64,000 nucleotides of DNA from Nitrososphaerota archaeon (GTDB lineage: Archaea; Thermoproteota; EX4484-205; JAAOZP01): positions 374,354 to 438,353 of the forward strand of contig JAAOZP010000017.1 in assembly GCA_011605725.1 (NCBI GenBank), written 5' to 3'. Every line of letters starts with the position of its first letter. Within the stretch, counting starts at the first letter, position 1. Below the pieces are notes generated by a model. The model had not been told where the DNA came from, searched no databases, and worked only from the letters and a program-made list of their open reading frames with translations. Made by a program: the position numbers and the translations under genes. This document shows positions 48,203-58,445 of this stretch, piece by piece.

Positions 48203-50326
48203 TTGCACGAGCATCATGCGCACCACATCGCCGAGTTTAGAAACAGGCTTATCGCAAGCCTAATCCTTACAGCCCCAATCCTGCTTTTCTCAGAAACGTT
48301 TCAAACAATGATCCTAGGGGGGAGGATAATGGTTTTCCCCATGCAGAAACAAGCCCTGCTAATCCTATCCGCTTCCCTCTACGTTTACGGCGGCTGGCCT
48401 TTCCTGAGAGGACTGGTGGACGAGTTGAAAGCCAGGCTCCCAGGCATGATGACGCTCATCGGCACAGCCATAACGGTTGCGTTCACATACTCTGCCGCGA
48501 CAGTCTTCATTCCGCTCGGCATGGAGTTCTTCTGGGAGCTCGCCACCCTGATGGACGTGATGCTTCTAGGACACTGGATAGAGGCGAAAAGCGTTCTCGG
48601 AGCCTCAACAGCCCTCGAGGAGCTTGTTAGAATAATGCCTACGACAGCCCACGTTTTAAAAAACAGTGAAATAGTTGACATACCGGTCTCGGAGCTTAAG
48701 CCCGGCGACACCGTCTTAATACGGCCGGGTGAGAAAATCCCGTCTGACGGAACTGTTTTAGAGGGAGAATCATTCGTGAACGAGGCTTTTCTAACAGGCG
48801 AGTCTAAACCGGTTGTGAAGAAAGCAGGGTCCAGGGTTATCGGTGGCTCGATAAACGGCGACGGCGTTCTGAAAATGGTTGTCGAGAAAACAGGGGAGGA
48901 TACTTACCTGGCTCAAGTCGTAAAGCTCGTTAAGCAGGCTCAGGAAATCAGGTCAAGGACCCAGGACTTGGCGAACAGGGCTGCAGCCCTGCTTTTCTAC
49001 GTTGCGCTAACAGTCTCGCTGGCTGCTTACGCAGCATGGTTCGCCGCCGGAAACCCGAGTATGGCTTTCGAAAGCATGGTTGCAGTACTCGTCGTCGCAT
49101 GCCCGCATGCCCTCGGCCTAGCCATACCGCTTGTCGTAGCCCTTTCAACCTCGATAACCGCGAAAAACGGGATACTCGTGAGAGACAGGAGAGCGTTTGA
49201 AACAGCCAGGAGCGTTAACGCCGTTGTCTTCGACAAGACTGGGACACTAACCCTCGGCAGCTTCGGCGTCAGCGACACTGTGCCCCTGATCCCGGAGGAG
49301 GAGCTTTTGAAACTGGCTGCAAGCGTCGAGCTGAACTCTGAACACGTGGTTGCGAAAGCCATTGTAGAGTACGCGAAGCAGAAGGGTGTTCAACCTGTTG
49401 AAGCAGAAGGTTTCAGAGCAATCCCTGGGAAAGGCGTTTACGGTAGGGTTGACGGGAAAGAGGTTTACGTCGGGGGCCTGAGCCTTCTAAGCGATGCTGA
49501 AAAGGTTTTAGAAAACCGGGAGATAAGCAGGCTGGTGAAGCAGGGTAAGACAATGGTTTTCACACTCGTCGACGGCAGGCTCGCAGGCGCGTTCGCCCTC
49601 TCGGACAAGGTGAGGAGAGAATCCTACGAGGCGGTTGAGAAGCTTAAAAGAATGCGGATAAGGGTTTACATGCTCACAGGAGACTCTATGGAAGCCGCGA
49701 AATGGGTTGCGGAGGAACTTGGTGTAGACGAGTATTTCGCCCAAGTCATGCCGCATGAGAAAGCGGATAAAATCAGGCTTCTCAAAAACAGGGGGCTAAG
49801 GGTCGCGATGGTTGGGGACGGTGTGAACGACGCGCCCGCCCTCGCCACAGCAGACGTCGGCATAGCCATAGGGGCTGGCACGGATGTAGCAGTAGAGAGC
49901 GCGGACATAATCCTTGTTAGAAACGACCCGAGGGATGTTCCAAAGATTATTGAGCTTTCGCGGAAAACGTTCTCCAAGATGGTTCAAAACCTATGGTGGG
50001 CAGCCGGCTACAACATTGTCACCATACCTCTTGCAGCAGGCGTCCTACATGGCTTAGGCATAGTGATGCCCCCATGGCTGGGCGCGCTAGTCATGTCGCT
50101 GAGCACAGTCATAGTTGCTTTAAATACTCAGACCCTGAGGAAATACGAGCCGGAGGAGACGAGGAGGATGAGGAGAACCGTCACCGACCCGGTTTGCGGG
50201 ATGAAGATAGATCCTGAAACAGCCTACAGCAGGCTGGAATACCAGGGGAAAACCATCTACTTCTGCTCTAGACACTGCGAGGAGGAATTCAGGAGGAACC
50301 CGGAAAAATACAGGGTTAGAGCCTGA
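48203..50326 (+). CDS. Copper-exporting P1B ATPase (CopB-like) with C-terminal YHS/TRASH domain
   Basis: TGES, CPHALGL, DKTGTLT, GDGVND, YN, MSLS; C-terminal DPVCGM...YFCS..C; TTG start inferred (ORF track 48164). Confidence 0.93.
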   Translation: MHEHHAHHIAEFRNRLIASLILTAPILLFSETFQTMILGGRIMVFPMQKQALLILSASLYVYGGWPFLRGLVDELKARLPGMMTLIGTAITVAFTYSAATVFIPLGMEFFWELATLMDVMLLGHWIEAKSVLGASTALEELVRIMPTTAHVLKNSEIVDIPVSELKPGDTVLIRPGEKIPSDGTVLEGESFVNEAFLTGESKPVVKKAGSRVIGGSINGDGVLKMVVEKTGEDTYLAQVVKLVKQAQEIRSRTQDLANRAAALLFYVALTVSLAAYAAWFAAGNPSMAFESMVAVLVVACPHALGLAIPLVVALSTSITAKNGILVRDRRAFETARSVNAVVFDKTGTLTLGSFGVSDTVPLIPEEELLKLAASVELNSEHVVAKAIVEYAKQKGVQPVEAEGFRAIPGKGVYGRVDGKEVYVGGLSLLSDAEKVLENREISRLVKQGKTMVFTLVDGRLAGAFALSDKVRRESYEAVEKLKRMRIRVYMLTGDSMEAAKWVAEELGVDEYFAQVMPHEKADKIRLLKNRGLRVAMVGDGVNDAPALATADVGIAIGAGTDVAVESADIILVRNDPRDVPKIIELSRKTFSKMVQNLWWAAGYNIVTIPLAAGVLHGLGIVMPPWLGALVMSLSTVIVALNTQTLRKYEPEETRRMRRTVTDPVCGMKIDPETAYSRLEYQGKTIYFCSRHCEEEFRRNPEKYRVRA

Positions 50327-50499
50327 GGCATTGCATGCATCAACCCTCTTAAGGCCACATGCTTCCATACGGCACTTGTTTGAACACTCTTTTAAGACAC
50401 GCCGTCTAACGGTTGAAAAAGAAACCAGCCACAGGCATCGCGCGCCGGGAAAAGCTAATACTTACCAGACTGGCTCAAACACTACAAGTAGGGGTGACA

Positions 50500-50952
50500 A
50501 TGCTGTTGGAAACACTGATGGATGAAAAGATAAAACTGGTTCTTAAATGCAAAACGATTGCAATAGTTGGATTATCAAGAGACCCGAGTAAGGACAGCTA
50601 TAAGGTGGCTGAATACCTGAAGAAAAACGGGTACCGTATTATTCCGGTCAACCCTTTCGCAGGCGAGATTCTTGGCGAGAAGTGTTTCAAAAGCCTTCTC
50701 GAGGCCCCGGAGGAAGTTCAGAAGACTATTGAAGTCGTCGACATCTTCAGGCCTTCTGAAGAAGTTCATCCAATCGTTGAGCAGGCGGTTCGCCTAAAGC
50801 AGAAACACGGTAATCCCCTATTCATATGGATGCAGCTAGGCATAGTTAACACGCAGGCTGCTGAACTCGCTGAGAAAAACGGTTTAACGGTTATAATGGA
50901 TAGGTGCATGATGATTGAGCATAAAAGATTAACCCGGATGCAGAGGTCGTAG
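50500..50952 (+). CDS. CoA-binding protein (YccU-like)
   Basis: IAIVGLS..P.KDS, PVNP, VDIFR, WMQLGI, DRC. Confidence 0.9.
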   Translation: MLLETLMDEKIKLVLKCKTIAIVGLSRDPSKDSYKVAEYLKKNGYRIIPVNPFAGEILGEKCFKSLLEAPEEVQKTIEVVDIFRPSEEVHPIVEQAVRLKQKHGNPLFIWMQLGIVNTQAAELAEKNGLTVIMDRCMMIEHKRLTRMQRS

Positions 50953-51020
50953 CATACACCTGCATCACTTTTTCTTCTAACTCGAACACTCTGGCTGAAA
51001 TCCTAGCGTGAACCCGTTTT

Positions 51021-52436
51021 TCACCTAGGCAAGGGGTTTCTAGGTCTTAGAACGTAAAGCTTCAAAACCCTGCCTTCATACAACAGTAAACCCGTTGGAA
51101 CACCCGGGTACTGGGAATTCTTATCAACTATCAGGTAAACCGTTTTCCCCTCTCGAACCAGTTCCTGTGGAGAACCCACATTGTTCGAGTTAAGAATGTA
51201 TTCAACCCAGTATCTCCAAGGATGTCTCGGCGAGACGACCGTGCTATTGGCTGGTATGAATACCCGCATGGAGAGAAGATCCTCGTATTCCAGAGGGCTG
51301 ATTACAGGCCCGATCCTCATGAACGCCGGGATGCTTTGAAAGTAAATGATGAAGGTCACCAGCACAATGGCCACCAGCACTTGGACAAAGGTCTTTTCAA
51401 CATACCCCACGAGGCTGCCCGCGATTATGAACCATGGGATGAAGACCATTAGGAGAAACCTCTGACCCCATTGGGGTGGCATTACGGGGAAAGAGAGGAA
51501 GAGAAGCATTATGGAGCTCGCCGTCAGAAAACTGAAGTTGATCCAAGACCCATTCCTATGGTTAACGTATGCCAGAGAAAGCCCCACAGCGGCGAATACG
51601 TAGGATAATGCTCTCACCCCTCCCGGGTCACGCGCGTCGACGATAGGATGGAACTCAAGCATCTGTATGAACTGTTGAATAAAGACTCCACCCTTAGCTA
51701 TGTCTATCGCGTATCCTTTAAATGAAAAGTAGAGGAGGGCTCCTACGCTGAAGACGATTACTAGAAACAGGAGGGAGAATTTAAGGAACCTGGTTTTCGG
51801 CTTCCCTGAGAAAAAGGATGAGAGCATTTGAAGAATGAAGAATAACAATGCTACTCCAGCGTCAAGTATATGCGTTAAACCCGTTAGGAGGAAGAAGAAC
51901 ATGGTTACTATCTCGGTGAAAACATTTTCGTCGCCTGAGAGAAGCCTGTAGAGGAAATAGATGAAGAAAAGGAGGAACGGAATTCCAACCGCGTTCTTCA
52001 GAAACTCTCCGCTCATCGAAATCAGCCCGGGAGAGAAAGCTACGGAAAATGCGCCGACAGCAGCAGCTACACAGCTCTTCGTCATCCTCTTAACCAGCAG
52101 ATACGAGGGTACAGCAGTCAAGGAGCAGAAGAATACTACGCACAGTTTAACCGCAAGCGTATCGTTCCCCACCAGCAGCGTTAACGCTGAAAAAAGATAG
52201 AAGGAGAAAGGCGGGTCAGGATACTTCATCACGCCCGTGCTAAGAATGCTTTCAACCTGAATAAGATAGTACGCCCCATCTATACCATACATTAAAGGGT
52301 GCCGAAACAAAGCAGCGTAATAGGATGAAGAAGCCATGATAAAAATGGTTAAAACAATGATAAAATCATACCCTGGTTCCTTAAATACGTGCAGCATACT
52401 CTGGACAACACTTGGAAGCAATCTAGCATTGTTCAC
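51021..52436 (-). CDS. Multi-pass membrane protein, GT-C-like glycosyltransferase
   Basis: About 12 TM segments, early loop GIDGAYY...YPDPP, RF motif near the C-terminal helices. Confidence 0.6.
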   Translation of the reverse strand: MNNARLLPSVVQSMLHVFKEPGYDFIIVLTIFIMASSSYYAALFRHPLMYGIDGAYYLIQVESILSTGVMKYPDPPFSFYLFSALTLLVGNDTLAVKLCVVFFCSLTAVPSYLLVKRMTKSCVAAAVGAFSVAFSPGLISMSGEFLKNAVGIPFLLFFIYFLYRLLSGDENVFTEIVTMFFFLLTGLTHILDAGVALLFFILQMLSSFFSGKPKTRFLKFSLLFLVIVFSVGALLYFSFKGYAIDIAKGGVFIQQFIQMLEFHPIVDARDPGGVRALSYVFAAVGLSLAYVNHRNGSWINFSFLTASSIMLLFLSFPVMPPQWGQRFLLMVFIPWFIIAGSLVGYVEKTFVQVLVAIVLVTFIIYFQSIPAFMRIGPVISPLEYEDLLSMRVFIPANSTVVSPRHPWRYWVEYILNSNNVGSPQELVREGKTVYLIVDKNSQYPGVPTGLLLYEGRVLKLYVLRPRNPLPR

Positions 52437-52448
52437 GCTGAATAAAGC

Positions 52449-53345
52449 TTAGCGTAAGCACGCGCTATTTATGCTTTTCAGGCGGGAGAACTCGAATATT
52501 GAAACACGCGCTGAAAACTGAGTCTAACTACAATTCTGGCCAAGGCCCAGCAGTTCCACCGTGCAAAAATAATTGGCTTCGCGCTACCGAGTATTTTCCT
52601 CCATCACCTTCCCCATCCTTCGCCGCTCAATCTTCAAATGTCCCTCAGCACATGCTCGTCTTAAAACATGATAAGAGCGCGCGCTTCAAACCCTGTATTC
52701 ACCAATGCCACTGTCTCGAGAGACTTGCCGTTTTCAAAACTATCCTTATCTTAACCCTTACACCCGCTTTTCATTTCACTCAGATACCCGGCTAAATCCC
52801 TAGGCCTTATGCGGCCAATCCTGGACCTGCGTCTAACCACTATGCGTCCAACTCGAACCCTGCGAGCCTCCACTCGAAACCCTTGGTTGCTCAAGTCAAC
52901 AGTATTCATCCGACTGACTAAACATCCTACTCGCCGCATATAAACCTTAGCTTGTTCCAACCAATTATACGCGTGACTCATCATGAAAACTACCTGACTC
53001 TCCACGTATTTCCTCGAGTGTCTGAAGCACGCGCCTTATCCCTTATCCTCCGTATCTTACCGATAAGTGCTTTTTCGCAAACTGTTAGCGCACGCGCTTA
53101 ATTCAGAAACCAAAAAACACCCGATAAAGAAAACGTGCGCGCGCGCTAGACGATAGCGCGCTAGGCAGTTGAATAAAGCGGGGGTAAAGCTTGTCTCGCC
53201 CTCTTTCCTTGGGGAAGAAATAGATGGCTTCTAAAAGCTTGAAGCACATCGCGCTGGTTTCCCAATCCTCTTCACCATTCCTAAGAAAACGAAGCTAGAT
53301 GCTAGGCAACCATGCCGACCGCCGCAACCACTATAGCATGCGCGC
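52449..53345. repeat. Cluster of short alternating purine-pyrimidine palindromes separating unrelated DNA pieces
   Basis: AAGCACGCGCTA 52456, AGCACATGCT 52647, AGCGCGCGCT 52676, AGCACGCGCC 53026, TTAGCGCACGCGCTTA 53085, ACGTGCGCGCGCGCTA 53133, TAGCGCGCTA 53154, TAGCATGCGCGC 53334. Confidence 0.7.
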
Positions 53346-54089
53346 CTCCACGTCCCGGATAACCGTTTTAAAACGTGGAACGAAGGTTGCTACTGGTTTC
53401 AACTCCTCCACCCATGTGTTCTCCAGCTCCCTGATCTTCCTTCTAAACTCCTCCGAGCTGAAAACAGTCTTATAGTAGCTTAGCTTAGTGTTGACCAGCT
53501 TTAAATCCATTTTCACCCCCTTCCTGAGCAGGAACCATAAGTCATAAAGGTCGCTGGCCCTGCCACGGTAGAAAATTGCTCTAACCTTCTCTGCAAGAAT
53601 CTCCTCCAGCCTCATCACCTGCACCAGGTAGGGTCTCACATCAGGATATATCGGCACAATCTCCCTTACTTCCGGCTCCAAAACCAGGTCTCTTCTCAGG
53701 CTGACCTCCACCCTCAACAGGGTTATGCTCCTGTCAGACCCGTTGAACAGAGGACCCTTAATCCTTAAAACCAGTGTTTTACTAATGTCTTTAAACTTCT
53801 CCACCCTAGAAAACTCCGCAGCCAAACCAAAAACCTCCATGTCCCTCACAATCCTTTTCACAATCTCCTCCTCACCATTGTTTCTAGAAGTAAAATCCAG
53901 GTCTAGGCTGAACCTGTTCAAGCCGTAAACCTTCTGCAGAGCCGTGCCACCTTTAAACACAAGCTCCCCCTTGGATTCAGCTGAGAGAAACAAGAGGAAA
54001 ACATGCTGAATATAATCCTTCTCCGTCTGCCAAAGATTAAACCCGGAAGCAGCGGTTAACTCCTGAAGCTGACTCCTGTCAAGCATCAC
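53331..54089 (-). CDS. AbiEii-family nucleotidyltransferase toxin (type IV TA)
   Basis: EKDY, FKGGTAL, RFSLDLDF, AEK.RA, DLYDL. Confidence 0.92.
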   Translation of the reverse strand: MMLDRSQLQELTAASGFNLWQTEKDYIQHVFLLFLSAESKGELVFKGGTALQKVYGLNRFSLDLDFTSRNNGEEEIVKRIVRDMEVFGLAAEFSRVEKFKDISKTLVLRIKGPLFNGSDRSITLLRVEVSLRRDLVLEPEVREIVPIYPDVRPYLVQVMRLEEILAEKVRAIFYRGRASDLYDLWFLLRKGVKMDLKLVNTKLSYYKTVFSSEEFRRKIRELENTWVEELKPVATFVPRFKTVIRDVEARML

Positions 54090-54802
54090 TCAAGCACCTC
54101 GTTAACAATAATCCTCCATTTCCCATTCCTCTCGCCAGCAGGAGGCTTAAGCGGATTCAACAGCCCGTAATTATTATCAATCAGATTTTTAAAAGAATCA
54201 TAAAGATTTACGCCGGTAAGCTCGAGCAAGTACCCTAGTCTTTTCACCACCGTTCTCGAGCCGAGCCTCACAGCATACCTCATAAGCTTCCCATGATCCA
54301 GCTTCGCCTCCCTCAACACGGAAAAGGTTTCAGACACAGGACAGTACTTCGGAAGCAACAGACTGTCTAGAATCGCTTTCTCAACCTCCGCAATAAAAAC
54401 CGTCTTACCCTCCACATACTCCCTCAAGTATCCGAAGAACCTTTCCCCAGAAAACTTGACAAACCTAATCCGGAAGCCCCCGTACAGAACCTCCTTCTTC
54501 TGCTTCAAGCACACGACGAAAACCGTTGAAGGAATCCGCGTAGTCAGCGAATAGTAAGAGTATGCGGAAATAAAGGAAACGTAGGACGGATAAACAAGGA
54601 GAGAAGCCACGCTGAAAACACTCTGGTTCGGCAGAGAATACTTATTCCTCTCAACCCTAACCAGAAGACCCTTCTCCACCAGCCTGTTCAGCAAAACCTT
54701 AACATAAGCTTCATCCCTATTCAACACCCTCACCAAGTCGCCTAAAGAGAAAACGCTAATCCTAGAATCCTGCAGCACCCGGACGAGATCGCTACTCTTC
54801 AC
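54086..54802 (-). CDS. AbiEi-family antitoxin / transcriptional regulator
   Basis: N-terminal wHTH (L.RLVEKG...RVERNKY), SYVSF.SA, EKAILD, KRLGYLLE. Confidence 0.88.
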   Translation of the reverse strand: MKSSDLVRVLQDSRISVFSLGDLVRVLNRDEAYVKVLLNRLVEKGLLVRVERNKYSLPNQSVFSVASLLVYPSYVSFISAYSYYSLTTRIPSTVFVVCLKQKKEVLYGGFRIRFVKFSGERFFGYLREYVEGKTVFIAEVEKAILDSLLLPKYCPVSETFSVLREAKLDHGKLMRYAVRLGSRTVVKRLGYLLELTGVNLYDSFKNLIDNNYGLLNPLKPPAGERNGKWRIIVNEVLE

Positions 54803-54809
54803 GAACTTT

Positions 54810-54851
54810 CATCGTTTTCCGTAAATTTAAAGTTATCATTTTTGATAACTA
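54810..54851. repeat. 42-bp direct repeat copy 1 = abiE promoter with operator AGTTATCA-tttt-TGATAACT
   Basis: CATCGTTTTCCGTAAATTTAAAGTTATCATTTTTGATAACTA; 40/42 identical to 58345-58386. Confidence 0.85.
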
Positions 54852-55107
54852 CAAAACTACATTTTATCGAAGCCAAAGACACACTCAAAGCCACGAGAAA
54901 ACAGTATTTAAATTACGCAACTTCCAAACAGCGCGCAAGCAAGCGAACCCGTTATTCAGAAAACGTTAAAACCATTCTAAGCCGGAAAAACCATAGTAAA
55001 ACCAGTATTGTGTACGCTGTAAAAGCACTCGGGTTTTTCAGATTTTTCAGAATTAATCAGAGATAATCTTTTAAGTCTGATTATGCAATGACAAACCGGT
55101 GAAATAA

Positions 55108-55362
55108 GTGAGTCTAACTGTAAAGACAAAAGTCGGAAAGAGGTATGCGATCTACCTGCCTAAGACCGTGGTCAAGACCCTTGGCATGAAGGAGGGGGAC
55201 AAAATACTGCTGAGGGTCTCTGGAGACCACATCATACTAGAAATACTCCGCGACCCCGTAGAGCTGGCACTCCACGGGAACAAGTTTGCTTCAGTAAAGC
55301 CTGAGGAAATAGAGGCGATAAGCGTTGAAGAACAGGCAAACCAAGCCAAGAATACTCCTTGA
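55108..55362 (+). CDS. AbrB/MazE-type antitoxin (VapB)
   Basis: KVGKRYAIYLPK..V..LGMKEGD. Confidence 0.88.
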   Translation: MSLTVKTKVGKRYAIYLPKTVVKTLGMKEGDKILLRVSGDHIILEILRDPVELALHGNKFASVKPEEIEAISVEEQANQAKNTP

Positions 55363-55774
55363 CACATCCTTCATACTACCATCCCTAGGGATCGACACGG
55401 GAAAGGAAGTGTCGAAGGGCCTAAGAACGCTTGCGGAAGCCGAAGCGGAAATACATTACTCGCGCTTCAGCATACTTGAATCACTCTGGGTGGCTGCTAA
55501 AGTAACTGGAGGAATAATCGATGAAGCCTTTAACACAGGACTGAGAAGCATCCTTGAAGGCGACAGGTACATGAAGATGGAGGAGGATTCCAAGGTGTTC
55601 AGCGAAGCCCTAAGACTCTACACACAGGGCCACAGAGACATGATCGACAACATACTCTACGCAGCCTCAGTCAACTTCGACCTCAAGCTACTCACAGTAG
55701 ACAAGGAGCTAAAGGAATTCATACGCAAGAACGGTTTGAAAGACACGCTTATAACGCCAGACCAACTAACATAG
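55325..55774 (+). CDS. vapC: VapC/PIN toxin
   Basis: LLDTSF, SILE, D.IDN..YA, LLTVD. Confidence 0.88.
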   Translation: MKNRQTKPRILLDTSFILPSLGIDTGKEVSKGLRTLAEAEAEIHYSRFSILESLWVAAKVTGGIIDEAFNTGLRSILEGDRYMKMEEDSKVFSEALRLYTQGHRDMIDNILYAASVNFDLKLLTVDKELKEFIRKNGLKDTLITPDQLT

Positions 55775-55999
55775 CACGCGGCGCCAGACAGCTTTGCATT
55801 ACGGCATTATGTAGCAGGCGCACCACCGGCAAAGGAAAACCACACATACCTATGGTTAACCATAGTTCCTCCAGGCGTGTAGCAAGCAACTACAACCACC
55901 CTTTGAGGCTAAAAGAAAAAACTATCGGTGGAAACGAAAACTTACCTCATCCTTCACAAGAATGCTTGCGAAAACACTTGAATCCAGAACTTGCAAAAA

Positions 56000-56222
56000 C
56001 TATCTCTCCCTAAACTCCCTGATCGTACGCTAAGCAGGCTCCTTCGAAGCCTCAACCCCGGAAAGAACCCTGTCTATCGCGTCCAGAGCCTTCAACGCCT
56101 CCTTCTCCCTTATCTTCATCTCGATGAAACTCTTATCTCACTCCTCCAATCCACATCCTTCAACTTCCTCATCTTCTTTTAACGTCCCTCCTTATTCTGA
56201 TGCTCAAGGTTTCAGAAACCAT
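56000..56222 (-). pseudogene. Degraded RHH/CopG-type antitoxin
   Basis: MVSETLSIRIRRDVK / MRKLKDVDWRSEI / FIEMKIRE...EPA*RTIREFRER* with frameshifts and an internal stop. Confidence 0.65.
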
Positions 56223-56516
56223 GTCTACAATTTCCGCATACAATAAGCACATGTAAATCCTCCCAAAAACTAAATCCAAAAAGCCGAAAAACAAGTCAAA
56301 ACCCAATGCTTTCCACGCATCAAAAAAGGCTGAGCACACACCAGACCGCCTTGAGCCCAAACCCCAGCGCGCGTTGAAGGAGAAAAATGGTTTGAAAAAG
56401 GCGGAAACAATATTATAAAGAAGGCAAGAATCGGATGGAAGCAGAAAAACCCACCGATCAAACCGGTTAGAAGACAAATAAAACCGTACAAGCTATGCTG
56501 AGTAAGTTTAAATAAT

Positions 56517-57746
56517 ATGTTTATTATCATTATGATCATGAACATAGTAATAAGAAGAACGCAAGAACTCGAACGCATAAAAAAGCTAGGACCTTGGATT
56601 CTCATATTTGGAAGAAGAAAAACTGGGAAGACTTACTTTGTTAAGAACTTTTTAGAGTGGCACGAGTACTTCTTTGCAAGGAGGGACAACAAACTTCTGG
56701 ATAAAGATGGAAATGAACTTTCCTTGGAAGCTTTCTTAGAGGTTTTTAAAAGGGAGATTGGAAATAAGACGATCGTAATAGATGAATTTCATAGACTACC
56801 GGAGAGCTTCTTTGATTTCCTGCATTCACTTGGCGTCAAGGGAAAGCTTATAGCAATTTCTTCCACCCTCTCTTATTCTAGAAAAATGTTGAACAGAAGT
56901 TCTCCACTTTTAGGATTGTTTTCAGAATTCAAATTCAATCTGGTTGACGAAAAAGACATCATTAATTCGTTAAAGGGGTTGCTGAATGGGAAGGAGCTGA
57001 TTGAGGCAGCAGTATATCTTAGAGAACCCTGGCTCGCACCAAAGTTTGAAGAAAATAAAAATGCTAGAGATTTTCTTGCAACATTTTTATTAGAACAGAA
57101 AGGAAGCATAAAAGCATTAATAGGGGAAATATTCAGCGAAGAAGAAAGAAGGCTATCATTAGTGTACGAAGGAATTTTAAAAGCGATATCAGATGGGAAA
57201 AATACATCTACTGAAATCTCGAGCTACTTATTTTCAAGAAAGCTTATTCCAAAGGACAACCCTGGACTCATACAAAGATACCTTGAAGTTTTAAGAGACA
57301 TTGGATTGATAGATAAGGTTGAAGTTTTTGGCTCAAGAAAGTTTAAGTATTTTCATATTTCTCCACTTCTTGATCTCCACTATTACCTGGAAGAAAAGTA
57401 CGCATACAGTGAGGTTGAGGTTCCGGAAAAATTTATAAGAAAGGTTATTGATGAAAAAATACCCTTCCACGTGGAGAGCTTTTTTGCCTCCCTTTTATCA
57501 AAGAAGCTTGGGCTAAAGATGGTGAAAGTGGAAAAACCAGAAGTAGACATTGCATTAACAGAGTTTAATAGAATAAAAGTGGTTGGAGAAGTAAAGTGGA
57601 AGAAGATAAATCAAAAAGAACTAGAGGCAATAGAAGAAAAGCTATACCATTTTAAAAACGCTGAAAAATACATTATTCTGCAAGAAAAAGGTAAACTTGA
57701 AAGCAAGAAAGCAAAACTGATTGATTGCAACGATTTAAAAACATAG
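56517..57746 (+). CDS. Archaeal ATPase with wHTH and C-terminal PD-(D/E)XK-like (DUF234) region
   Basis: GRRKTGKT, IDEFH, SPLLG, EVDIA...GEVKW; AT-rich; exact start uncertain. Confidence 0.85.
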   Translation: MFIIIMIMNIVIRRTQELERIKKLGPWILIFGRRKTGKTYFVKNFLEWHEYFFARRDNKLLDKDGNELSLEAFLEVFKREIGNKTIVIDEFHRLPESFFDFLHSLGVKGKLIAISSTLSYSRKMLNRSSPLLGLFSEFKFNLVDEKDIINSLKGLLNGKELIEAAVYLREPWLAPKFEENKNARDFLATFLLEQKGSIKALIGEIFSEEERRLSLVYEGILKAISDGKNTSTEISSYLFSRKLIPKDNPGLIQRYLEVLRDIGLIDKVEVFGSRKFKYFHISPLLDLHYYLEEKYAYSEVEVPEKFIRKVIDEKIPFHVESFFASLLSKKLGLKMVKVEKPEVDIALTEFNRIKVVGEVKWKKINQKELEAIEEKLYHFKNAEKYIILQEKGKLESKKAKLIDCNDLKT

Positions 57747-57892
57747 AGACGCACACTAGAACTTTCCTCCTTATCGAGATTCCACTCGGGATCTTCGCGC
57801 ACCAGCGGATATTTTTTCCTTCGTTACCTCCCACCCATTGTCTCTAACAACACTTTAAATCTCGAGCGCCATATCTCTGAGAACCATTATCT

Positions 57893-58256
57893 TTAGCTTC
57901 TAGTTAATAGTACGACTTTAAGATGGCCATAAACCTCTTCAACCGTCTTGAAATCCCTATCCGTAGTCACAATCTCCTCAACACCATTAGCCACAGCGAT
58001 GCCGGCGATCAAAACTTAATAACGTTAACAGGCCTACCAGCCCTAAGGAGCATCCCAGGATTTCAACAGCCTTCTCCGAGAATTCTCGCCAAACATCAAG
58101 AGATTCAAGCCCTTGACCAGCCTCCTGAGCACCCTTCCCTCCTTAACAAGCTCCCTGTGATACATCCTGGAGAAAAGCTCGAAGCGAGTAATCGTAGTCG
58201 TGCAGAACCCTTCTTTCGCAGGCCTATCAACAATACTCTTAGCCTCAGAACCCCCT
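57893..58256 (-). pseudogene. Degraded VapC/PIN toxin
   Basis: Broken frames TTTITRFEL, GRPVNV, LIAGIAVANGVEEIVTTDRDFK; N-terminus missing. Confidence 0.7.
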
Positions 58257-58344
58257 GAGAATACTTATTATCGCCCAATCGTCTTAACTATAACAAGCAG
58301 CTGAATAAGGCTGGAGCAAAGCTTGCCGCGCGTGGTAAACCCTA

Positions 58345-58386
58345 CATCGTTCTCCGTAAATTTAAAGTCATCATTTTTGATAACTA
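58345..58386. repeat. 42-bp direct repeat copy 2
   Basis: CATCGTTCTCCGTAAATTTAAAGTCATCATTTTTGATAACTA. Confidence 0.85.
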
Positions 58387-58445
58387 TGTTTCAATAGTGC
58401 AGACTTAACCGGAAGCTTTTTAAGCACGGTATTCAAAATAAAGCC

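Noticed and set aside
52440-53345. Integron attC sites
   Set aside because: I could not find paired RYYYAAC/GTTRRRY ends with long imperfect hairpins, and no IntI gene is present; a covariance-model search was not run.
57923-58258. 111-aa plus-strand ORF
   Set aside because: Antisense to a recognisable degraded PIN gene.
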